This document shows positions 1 to 7,841 of a stretch of DNA of 34,710 bases, piece by piece. Numbering within the stretch: position 1 is the stretch's first letter; each line of letters starts with the position of its first letter. The DNA comes from Verrucomicrobiota bacterium (lineage in GTDB: Bacteria > Verrucomicrobiota > Verrucomicrobiia > Limisphaerales > SXQI01): the NCBI GenBank assembly GCA_033762115.1, contig JANRLX010000100.1, positions 1 to 34,710 of the forward strand, given 5' to 3'. The translations under genes and the position numbers were made by a program. The notes beneath the pieces were generated by a model that did no database searches, was not told the DNA's origin, and was given only the letters and a program-made list of their open reading frames with translations.

Positions 1-43
1 AATCTCAGCCGGCTCGAAAATGCCGTTTCTTCAACAGGCTGAT

Positions 44-645
44 AAGTATCTCTATTGCCATGCAGACCCGGTGAATAGAATCGATCCGAGTGGTCATAAC
101 GATTTATTACAAACGTTTGCAACAGTAAAATGGGTCTTACCATCATGACAATGGGAGGCCCTGCGATTGCCGCTGCAAATCGAGCGCTGCCTACAATTGT
201 GCGGGGCACGGCAAGAGCTTGGGACCTGGCAAACCGGATCGTGGCCAGCGGAGGGGACATTGTGGTTTGGGAAGACAAGGTAATGCGTGCAACCCAAGCG
301 GGAACGAAGCTGATAGACAAATTCAAGGTGGACATGGTCGTCCGACTGCCAGGAAAAGAGGTGAATACGTTGATCGAAAGCAAGGGCGTTCCTTGGAATC
401 TCTATGGCACATCGGGATGGAAAGGCTTTATCGAACAATTGCAACGCCAAGCTACGGCGTTTTCTCAGGCAACCCAAACCGAGAAGGGAGTAACCATAGG
501 TGAAAGAATCATTTCCTTCAGCACGAAAGTTCCTCAAGGTCTTGAGAAAGCGGGAAGAGAACTCAAGGTGCTGATGCAAAAGCATTACAATCAAGTCCTA
601 TTTGGAGAGCAGGAATTGCAAAACTTTTTGGATGGGACGCCATGA
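44..645 (+). pseudogene. Rhs core-end fragment plus C-terminal PD-(D/E)xK nuclease-like toxin domain, frameshifted near 127-130
   Basis: Frame 2 reads KYLYCHADPVNRIDPSG at 44-94 (Rhs PxxxxDPxG motif), continues HNDLLQTFATVK and stops at 146-148. Frame-1 ORF 130-645 carries KVD...LIESKG...QLQRQA. One extra A in the AAAA run at 127-130 joins the two. Confidence 0.75.
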
Positions 646-1691
646 AAAATTACGAAATTATAGGCTGGGGTACAGAAAATTGCGCTCAAGGAGTCGAGAG
701 GCTGTTGCAATTAATCGACCGGCTTTCAACGGGGGCTGAACGTCTTTGTCTTGAAACCCACTTTTCTGATTTCAAAAGCTTGCAAACTGTCGCGGAAGTG
801 TTGCCATCTTCCCGTTTTGCTTTTTACGGATGGTGCAGGGTTGAGAGTGCAAAATTTTTTGATCGCCCTGAGTTTAACGCGGCAAAGTCCGGGTCGTGCA
901 TATTTAATCATCGCTTCTTGCACCTTGCAGAAGACACAGACATTCCTCCATATGGTTGGAACGGCCTTCCAAGTGGTAGATCAATGGTGGCTTATTGGGA
1001 ACGGTACGCAGAACCAGTTGAAAAAGACCAACGCGAACCAGATCCACAAATCATTGAGGCTCTTGAGAAAACAGCCGGGGTGACAGCAGGACAAGCTTTG
1101 CCTGTTAAAACGAGTACTGCGCGCATGGGGGATTTCCGTGAACACAGCTATATGATCTTCCCCGTGACATCTCAAGTGGCACCGCTGCTTCAAGCCATTT
1201 CCGAGCAGTTCAATTTGCAAGAAGGAGTGGGGAGTTTCGAATTTTTGGGGAGTGCCGACGATTTGGAGAAACTTTTGAAATCGAATCGCTATCACATTGA
1301 GAACTTTCCCCCGAACTGTTGGAGCTTCAACGATGGTGATGGAAAGACGCCGTTCGCCTTGGAACGGGCGAGCTTTTTGAATCCAGTTTTGAATCTGAAC
1401 ATTGATGATCTTCCGAAAGTGGCGGCATTGATCGACTCGCTTGGGAGCAAAATCGTGCAGTGCAGCGTGATTCGAAAATACCTATCTTGGAAGCTCCCCA
1501 ATGGAGTTTCGCCTCACACCCGCGGCAATTACGTTTTACTCTCCAAGCAGAAAAAAGGAGATTACGCCCTTTTTGCGGGATTTGATCAGTACGCCGATGA
1601 CGATCCTTCACCCAAAGAGTTTTTGTCATTTGCATCAAAGATTTTAGGACACCATGGTGTAAAACTCAAAAGTGTGCCTTATCCAAGGTAA
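642..1691 (+). CDS. Putative immunity protein for the upstream Rhs C-terminal toxin (no family recognised)
   Basis: 349-aa ORF with an ATGA overlap on the toxin stop; no signal peptide; visibly more AT-rich than the downstream core genes. Confidence 0.65.
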   Translation: MKNYEIIGWGTENCAQGVERLLQLIDRLSTGAERLCLETHFSDFKSLQTVAEVLPSSRFAFYGWCRVESAKFFDRPEFNAAKSGSCIFNHRFLHLAEDTDIPPYGWNGLPSGRSMVAYWERYAEPVEKDQREPDPQIIEALEKTAGVTAGQALPVKTSTARMGDFREHSYMIFPVTSQVAPLLQAISEQFNLQEGVGSFEFLGSADDLEKLLKSNRYHIENFPPNCWSFNDGDGKTPFALERASFLNPVLNLNIDDLPKVAALIDSLGSKIVQCSVIRKYLSWKLPNGVSPHTRGNYVLLSKQKKGDYALFAGFDQYADDDPSPKEFLSFASKILGHHGVKLKSVPYPR

Positions 1692-1735
1692 TCGTAGATG
1701 GCTGCTATTATCTGAAATGTTTACTCATTACACGC

Positions 1736-1864
1736 ATGCCAGTGCTGGTCGCATTCATTTTAAGCTGCATTTTGCTCAGTCCGAACGGGCAAGCAGGGGT
1801 GGTGACTGCCTTTGACTACGACCTGGCGGGGCGGCTGGAGCGGAAGGTGTTGCCCTGTCTTTAA
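1736..1864 (+). pseudogene. Remnant of a YD/Rhs-repeat protein (42 codons)
   Basis: MPVLVAFILSCILLSPNGQAGVVTAFDYDLAGRLERKVLPCL*: a hydrophobic leader plus one YD repeat. Confidence 0.55.
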
Positions 1865-1965
1865 TATCCCGTTGAAGTATCACTTCTCGGGCAACGGGGG
1901 TTCGTTGAAAAAATTTCCTTTCTTCCCTGTTCTCTCTGTGGCTCTGTGGTACATCTATTGTGACG

Positions 1966-3123
1966 ATGAATGCGATTCTTGCTCTTGAGGATGGGTCTGT
2001 GTTTCGAGGTGATGGGTTCGGGGCTGAAACCGAATCCTGCGGAGAGGTATGCTTTAACACCTCGATGACCGGTTACCAGGAGATCCTGACCGATCCTTCC
2101 TACAAGGGGCAGATTGTTGCGATGACCTACCCGCTGATTGGCAATTACGGTGTGAACCTTCAGGATATCGAGTCATGGCGTCCGCACGTTTCGGGATTTG
2201 TCATTCGTGAACTTTCCCCGATCGTGAGCAACTGGCGCTCTGATTTCTCCCTTGCGGATTATCTCAAAAAATATGATCTGCCCGGAATCCAGGGAATCGA
2301 CACTCGCGCATTGACTAAAAAGTTGCGGGTTCGCGGCGCGATGAAAGGGTTCATTTCCACCAAGCCGATTAGTGATGCGGAAGCGGTGGAACGCGCTCGC
2401 ACCTGGCAGGGACTGGTGGGTGTGGATTATGTGAAGGAGGTCACCCATCGCGAACCGTTTCTTTGGGATGAAAAGGATCAGCAAAGCGGCGCTTTTAAAC
2501 TGGTGACGGGGACCTCCACGGCGGATGCGCGGAGCTTTCGGGAACCGCTCAGGCCAGCAGACATTCCGATTGTGGCTTACGATTTTGGGATGAAGTACAA
2601 TATTCTTCGCCGCCTTCGGCAAAAAGGTTTCAAGGTTCAGGTCGTTCCCGCGACCGCTTCAGCGGCTGATGTCCTGAAGCACAAGCCCGCGGGCATTTTC
2701 CTTTCGAATGGCCCTGGGGACCCTTCTGCGCTGGATTACGCGGTGAAGAATGTTCGCGAACTGGCGAACAGTGGTGTCCCGATGTTTGGAATTTGCCTTG
2801 GCCATCAGATTTTGGGCCAGGCATTCGGCGGAAAAACCTTCAAGCTGAAATTTGGTCATCGTGGGGCGAATCAACCGGTCAAGGACCTTGAAAGTGGCAA
2901 GGTGGAAATCACCTCGCAGAATCACGGTTTTGCGGTGGACCCGAAATCGTTGCCCTCGGATGTGGAGGTGAACCGGATCAACCTGAACGACGACACGGTG
3001 GAAGGAATGCGTCATAAAACCAAACCGATTTACTGTGTCCAGTATCATCCTGAGGCTTCACCGGGGCCGCACGATTCGACTGTCCTTTTTGATGAATTCC
3101 GCCAGTTGATCGAGAAAAGTTAA
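1966..3123 (+). CDS. carA: Carbamoyl-phosphate synthase small subunit
   Basis: AILALEDG, GEVCFNTSMTGYQE, LSNGPGDP, GICLGHQ (catalytic Cys), SQNHGF and QYHPEASPGP motifs. Confidence 0.98.
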   Translation: MNAILALEDGSVFRGDGFGAETESCGEVCFNTSMTGYQEILTDPSYKGQIVAMTYPLIGNYGVNLQDIESWRPHVSGFVIRELSPIVSNWRSDFSLADYLKKYDLPGIQGIDTRALTKKLRVRGAMKGFISTKPISDAEAVERARTWQGLVGVDYVKEVTHREPFLWDEKDQQSGAFKLVTGTSTADARSFREPLRPADIPIVAYDFGMKYNILRRLRQKGFKVQVVPATASAADVLKHKPAGIFLSNGPGDPSALDYAVKNVRELANSGVPMFGICLGHQILGQAFGGKTFKLKFGHRGANQPVKDLESGKVEITSQNHGFAVDPKSLPSDVEVNRINLNDDTVEGMRHKTKPIYCVQYHPEASPGPHDSTVLFDEFRQLIEKS

Positions 3124-3226
3124 TCAGAGAGACTCCGGGGGCTGCGCCGCGACGTTCGAAGCTAAAGAAGTTATCAGAACAGGGCAGCAAAATCAGCGAT
3201 GTTTTCCATGATGGGGAAAAGCGGGG

Positions 3227-3254
3227 TTGACTTGAATGACCTTCTCGCGATAAT
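3227..3254 (+). promoter_or_regulatory. Putative sigma70 promoter for the FHA gene
   Basis: TTGACT-N16-GATAAT upstream of ATG 3274. Confidence 0.5.
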
Positions 3255-3273
3255 GCCTCACACCGAACGACCT

Positions 3274-3825
3274 ATGTCGAAACTTGTCGTATTGAGCGAA
3301 GGATTTACGGGACGCACCTACGAATTGAAGGTGGAGAGAACGACTGTGGGCAGGGTCGATGACAACACATTTCACATTCCGGAAGGTTCAGTTTCCAGTC
3401 ATCATTGCGAGTTGATTTTGAAAGGGAACGATGTCCTGGTGAAGGACCTGAATTCGACGAATGGCACATTCATCAACGGGGAAAAAATCTCTGAAGCGGT
3501 TTTGAAGCCGGGGCAGATTCTTCGTTTGGGCCAACTGGAGATGCGGCTGGAAGCTGACGGCGCTCCCTCTGGCAGTGGTGGCACCACCACTACCTCTTCG
3601 CAAAAGAAACCGCTGGATCAAACGCGTCAACTCCCCCGCGGGGTTTCCAAAACGGCATTGGAGCAAACCGCCACCGTCAAGTTCGACAAAAATTCTCCCT
3701 TCGCCAAGAAGAGCAACAAGATCAATCTAATCTTCATCGGGGTTGGTATTGTCCTGGCCCTGGTCATCATCGTTTTCATCGTCATGGCCGTGATGAAGGT
3801 CAATGTCGAAGGAACGCCGCAGTAA
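3274..3825 (+). CDS. FHA-domain protein with C-terminal transmembrane anchor
   Basis: FHA motifs TVGR...VSSHH...DLNSTNGTFING, a low-complexity linker and a TM helix LIFIGVGIVLALVIIVFIVMAVM. Start moved to ATG 3274. Confidence 0.9.
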   Translation: MSKLVVLSEGFTGRTYELKVERTTVGRVDDNTFHIPEGSVSSHHCELILKGNDVLVKDLNSTNGTFINGEKISEAVLKPGQILRLGQLEMRLEADGAPSGSGGTTTTSSQKKPLDQTRQLPRGVSKTALEQTATVKFDKNSPFAKKSNKINLIFIGVGIVLALVIIVFIVMAVMKVNVEGTPQ

Positions 3826-3873
3826 TTCGCCCGCCGCCGAAGTGTCAATCCATCGCAGTGGCCACTTCATCCA

Positions 3874-3901
3874 TTGACCCGATTTAAGCTGGTGATATTT
3901 T
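3874..3901 (+). promoter_or_regulatory. Putative sigma70 promoter (extended -10)
   Basis: TTGACC-N16-TATTTT with TG at 3893-3894, upstream of ATG 3921. Confidence 0.4.
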
Positions 3902-3920
3902 TCGCTGCCTGATCGATTGG

Positions 3921-5711
3921 ATGAAGAAGATTCAAAATATCTCAGCTTATAAATTTGCGACGCTGACAGATTTAAAATTGTTGCGCACAAAATTGCTGAC
4001 CTGCTGCAAGGAGTGGAGTTTGAAGGGGACCATTTTGATCAGCACGGAGGGAATCAACCTGTTTGTCGCGGGCCCTCCTGAAAAGGTTGATTCACTTTTG
4101 ACGCTTTTACGAGCGGTGCCGGGGCTTGAAGCGCTCGAAGTCAAGTCGAGTGTAAGTGATCATCAACCGTTTAATCGGATGCTGGTCCGAATCAAGAAAG
4201 AGATCATTGCTTTTGGTGTTGAAGGAATTGAGCCGGGGCGACGCACCTCACCGAAACTTTCCGCCAGCACCTTGAAGGAATGGCTTGATTCAGGAAAGCC
4301 GGTAACTTTGCTGGACACCAGGAACGATTATGAGGTGAAGCTCGGTACGTTCAAGGGGGCGCTGCCGTTGGGGATCAGCAATTTTCGGCAATTTCCCAGC
4401 GCGGTCAGGAAGCTGCCTGAATCCATGAAAGAGCAGCCCATTGTGATGTTTTGCACGGGCGGGATACGGTGCGAAAAAGCAGGGCCGTTTATGGAGCGGG
4501 AAGGGTTCCGGAATATTTTTCAACTTGAAGGAGGGATCCTTAAATATTTCGAGGAGTGCGGAGGCGCTCATTACGATGGGGAATGCTTTGTTTTTGATCA
4601 GCGGGTGGGAGTTGATCCTTCCCTGCACGAGACAGAATCAGCACAATGTTTTCAATGCCTGACCCCTCTTTCCGAAGCAGAACAGCAGGATGAACGATAT
4701 GTGGCGGGAAAATCATGCCCTTACTGCTTCAAAACGAGCGAGCAACAGCTTGCTTTTAATCTGGAAGCACGGCATGAAGCAATCCAGCGCGTGACAACAC
4801 CGCTGCCCGGAACTGTTCCTTATGACAATTTTCGCCCTCTGACGGTCCCTCATCATTGCGATGGGAAAAGTCTGATCGAATTTTTAGGCGCGATTCTGCC
4901 ACATGTTCCGTCACAGGATTGGGAAGAGCTGTGCGAGGCGCAGCTGCTGGTGAATCATCAAAAGGAACCAGTGACAAAGAAGCAACCGGTTCGCGCAGGT
5001 GAACGGTATTACCAAAAATTGCCCAATATCGTCGAGCCGGACATCAACCCTGACATCCGTGTCCTGCATGAAGATGAAGCGCTGATCGTCCTGAACAAGC
5101 CTGCGCCATTGCCAATGCATCCGGGTGGCCGATTCAATCGGAACACATTGCAATATATCCTGAACGAGGTGTATTACCCGCAAAAGCCACATCCTGCTCA
5201 TCGGCTGGATGCAAACACCAGCGGTGTAACCCTGGTAACCCGCACCCGCCATTTTGCTGCGCGCCTGCAACCGCAGTTTGCCAATGGCGAAATTCACAAA
5301 TGGTATCTGGCCCGCGTGGCGGGACACCCGGGAGAAGAGCAGTTCGAGTGCAACGCTCCCATCAGCGCCGAACCGGGTGAACTGGGCAGCCGACAGGTCG
5401 ACTCCATTGCCGGACTGCCTGCCCGGACATTATTCAGGGTGATCAGAAAAAACCGTGATGGCAGTTCACTGGTCGAAGCCCAGCCGTTGACTGGTCGGAC
5501 CAATCAAATCCGGGTGCATTTATGGCAGCTTGGGTTTCCAATTGTGGGTGATCCCGTTTATTTAAGCGGGGGTAAACTAGGAGACACTCAGACATTACGG
5601 CCTGAATCACCCCCACTATGTCTCCATTCCTGGCGTATCTCCTTCATGCATCCGTTAACCTTTGTTCGAACGGAGTTTACAGCTCCTGCTCCTTCCTGGG
5701 CACAGTTGTAA
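3921..5711 (+). CDS. Fusion of a TrhO/YceA-type rhodanese-family tRNA U34 hydroxylase and an RluA-family pseudouridine synthase
   Basis: N-half: [39 protein letters not shown], CxxC...CPYC. C-half: [40 protein letters not shown]. One continuous ORF. Confidence 0.9.
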   Translation: MKKIQNISAYKFATLTDLKLLRTKLLTCCKEWSLKGTILISTEGINLFVAGPPEKVDSLLTLLRAVPGLEALEVKSSVSDHQPFNRMLVRIKKEIIAFGVEGIEPGRRTSPKLSASTLKEWLDSGKPVTLLDTRNDYEVKLGTFKGALPLGISNFRQFPSAVRKLPESMKEQPIVMFCTGGIRCEKAGPFMEREGFRNIFQLEGGILKYFEECGGAHYDGECFVFDQRVGVDPSLHETESAQCFQCLTPLSEAEQQDERYVAGKSCPYCFKTSEQQLAFNLEARHEAIQRVTTPLPGTVPYDNFRPLTVPHHCDGKSLIEFLGAILPHVPSQDWEELCEAQLLVNHQKEPVTKKQPVRAGERYYQKLPNIVEPDINPDIRVLHEDEALIVLNKPAPLPMHPGGRFNRNTLQYILNEVYYPQKPHPAHRLDANTSGVTLVTRTRHFAARLQPQFANGEIHKWYLARVAGHPGEEQFECNAPISAEPGELGSRQVDSIAGLPARTLFRVIRKNRDGSSLVEAQPLTGRTNQIRVHLWQLGFPIVGDPVYLSGGKLGDTQTLRPESPPLCLHSWRISFMHPLTFVRTEFTAPAPSWAQL

Positions 5712-5733
5712 CCGTACACCTTTGAGGATCGTC
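5708..5733 (+). promoter_or_regulatory. Putative ECF sigma promoter
   Basis: GTAACC-N16-CGTC (AAC/CGT signature) upstream of ATG 5771. Confidence 0.5.
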
Positions 5734-5770
5734 TGAAGGGTGTAATCAAACAACCCAGTAGCAAATACTC

Positions 5771-6472
5771 ATGAAAATACATGTCTTATTGGCATTAACC
5801 GGTCTTATAACAGCCAGCCTTTGCGCCGCTGAACCGAAGGAGAGTGTAAAATCAGCCGCGGACGCCCTTGTGAACAAGGGAAGTTACAGCTGGAAAACGA
5901 GCGTTCAGTCCGCAGCCGGACAAAATAACCGTCAGCCAGGACCGACAGAGGGAAAAACCGAGAAAGAGGGTTATACCCACGTTAAGATGACCCGTGGCGA
6001 TACCAATTTCGAAGTGGTCATGAAAGGAGAAAAGTTCGCTGTCAAGGGACAGGAAGGGTGGCAGAACGCCGCTGATATGGAAGGTGGAGACAATCGTGGC
6101 CGTTTCATGAGCCGGATGTGGCAAAATTATAAAACCCCCGCCATCGAAGCCAAAGACCTGGTTGAAAAAACCAAGGAAATCAAAATGGCGGATGGGGTTT
6201 ACTCCGGCGAATTGAGTGAAGAAGGGGTGAAAACTTATCTGACAATGGGCCGCCGAAACAATCCTGATGCCCCAGCCCCGAAGAACGCCAAAGGTAGCGC
6301 AAAATTCTGGATCAAGGACGGCGTTCTTTCAAAGTATGAATATCATGTCAAAGGTTCAATGGAAGTGAACGGCGAGACCCGTGAAATTGATCGCACCACA
6401 ACGGTTGAAATCAGCGAAGCAGGAAACAGCAAAGTGACCGTTCCTGAAGAAGCCAAAAAGAAATTATCCTAA
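5771..6472 (+). CDS. Secreted/periplasmic hypothetical protein, beta-rich, possibly LolA/LppX-like fold
   Basis: Signal peptide MKIHVLLALTGLITASLCA; alternating beta-strand pattern; followed by a terminator. Confidence 0.8.
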   Translation: MKIHVLLALTGLITASLCAAEPKESVKSAADALVNKGSYSWKTSVQSAAGQNNRQPGPTEGKTEKEGYTHVKMTRGDTNFEVVMKGEKFAVKGQEGWQNAADMEGGDNRGRFMSRMWQNYKTPAIEAKDLVEKTKEIKMADGVYSGELSEEGVKTYLTMGRRNNPDAPAPKNAKGSAKFWIKDGVLSKYEYHVKGSMEVNGETREIDRTTTVEISEAGNSKVTVPEEAKKKLS

Positions 6473-6493
6473 CCCAGCCGTAAACGCATTCAG

Positions 6494-6518
6494 GGAGCGG
6501 CATTGCCGCTCCTTTTTT
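6494..6518 (+). terminator. Rho-independent terminator
   Basis: GGAGCGGC-ATT-GCCGCTCC followed by T6, between convergent genes. Confidence 0.85.
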
Positions 6519-7467
6519 ATTTGCTGAGGGTCAGCCCGATCACACCCAATACAGCAATAATTCCCCCCATGATCGATCGCTGGGAAGCTCTTTCATTATT
6601 GATGATCCTGGCGATTGGAATAATGACCAAAGGCGTGAGAGCGACGATCGGCAACACGATCCCTGTAGGAGTCGTTGCCAGTGCCCACTGATAAAACGCA
6701 ACACCCAATCCCGGCCCCGCAAGGGCATTCAGCAAAAGCCATGGCCAAAGCCGCCGCCATTCGGCATGACGCGCGTCAACCTGTTCCTGGTTCCAGATGA
6801 TCAGGTTCATTCGTTTCAGGATAAATATGCTTAGGAGCGCGACGAACACCCCTCCCCAAATCCGTTGGTAGGCAGCAGTGATTCCATCAATGTGTTCACC
6901 CCCAATGGAACTGATAAAATAAGCTTTCCGGCTAAACACGGCACCCAATCCCTGTCCGAAAGCCGCCAGTACCCCGTAAATGATTCCGCGAGTCAGGCCG
7001 GCCCTGGTGAGGTGTAAATGTTCTGAAGGAGCGAGGGCAATTCCCACTCCCACCAGAATGAGCGCGCTTGAAGCAACCTGCGGCAGGGTCAATTGCGTTC
7101 CAAGCCAGAGCCACTCCACCAGCGTCGCAAAAGGCACCGCCAGACAATGCACCAGCAGGATGGACAATCTTGATCCGAGGAGCGGAAAAGCCAGGTAAAG
7201 AGCGATGTCCCCGAAACCAAAGCCAAGCACCCCGCTAACAAAAAAGAGGGGCAGACCGTTTCCTGCAAAACTCTGCCCAAGTGTGGTCGCGTAACCGCCG
7301 AGAAACAGCGTGGCAATCAGGATTCTCCAGAAGTTCGCCTCGATCCCGCCCAGAACACGGGTGGTTTTTCCCGCTGAAACTGCGGAAATCGCAAAAAGAA
7401 TCGTGGTGCTAAAAGCCCAAATCATTCCGGGAAGTAAGGAGCGTTCCCGTTGTGGCGTCAACACCAC
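6517..7467 (-). CDS. DMT/EamA-family transporter (start uncertain, probably the internal Met of MIWAFSTT)
   Basis: About 10 TM helices in two repeats; SGVLGFGFGD and NERAS...GGIIAVLGV patterns. Confidence 0.9.
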   Translation of the reverse strand: MVLTPQRERSLLPGMIWAFSTTILFAISAVSAGKTTRVLGGIEANFWRILIATLFLGGYATTLGQSFAGNGLPLFFVSGVLGFGFGDIALYLAFPLLGSRLSILLVHCLAVPFATLVEWLWLGTQLTLPQVASSALILVGVGIALAPSEHLHLTRAGLTRGIIYGVLAAFGQGLGAVFSRKAYFISSIGGEHIDGITAAYQRIWGGVFVALLSIFILKRMNLIIWNQEQVDARHAEWRRLWPWLLLNALAGPGLGVAFYQWALATTPTGIVLPIVALTPLVIIPIARIINNERASQRSIMGGIIAVLGVIGLTLSK

Positions 7468-7547
7468 CCCGCATTTACAATAAACCCTGATCTCGATTTC
7501 AGAAGCATTCCGGATGCGCGGTCAGTTAAAACAACTATGCTCGAAAT

Positions 7548-7841
7548 GTGACCACCCGCGGACTCAATGCTGTCGAACGTCTGTTTGATCGTCTCAAACG
7601 GGAAAATCCCCGGATTGACTGGATTTGCGAACCTTTTGAGGAAATGGGGGGTGATCAACAGGAATCGGAACGGGTGTTGATCATCGCCAGGTGTGAGGGG
7701 GCAGAACTCAGCCACAGCCCTTTGACGCTGAGTATGGATATGATCGATCGTTTGGGAATTGATTCAGCTGCCTACCTGATCGCCCATGAAGTTTCTCCTA
7801 AACGCGTCGGAATCAACTGGGACAAACTCGCAGAAATTTAA
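7548..7841 (+). CDS. Small hypothetical protein
   Basis: 97-aa GTG-start ORF filling the intergenic gap; 4-nt stop overlap with the convergent gene. Confidence 0.55.
   Translation: MTTRGLNAVERLFDRLKRENPRIDWICEPFEEMGGDQQESERVLIIARCEGAELSHSPLTLSMDMIDRLGIDSAAYLIAHEVSPKRVGINWDKLAEI

Noticed and set aside
1868..1950. Hairpin (CCCGTTG...CAACGGG) and CTCTGTGG tandem upstream of carA as a PyrR attenuator
   Set aside because: No PyrR binding-loop consensus and no clear terminator/antiterminator pair.
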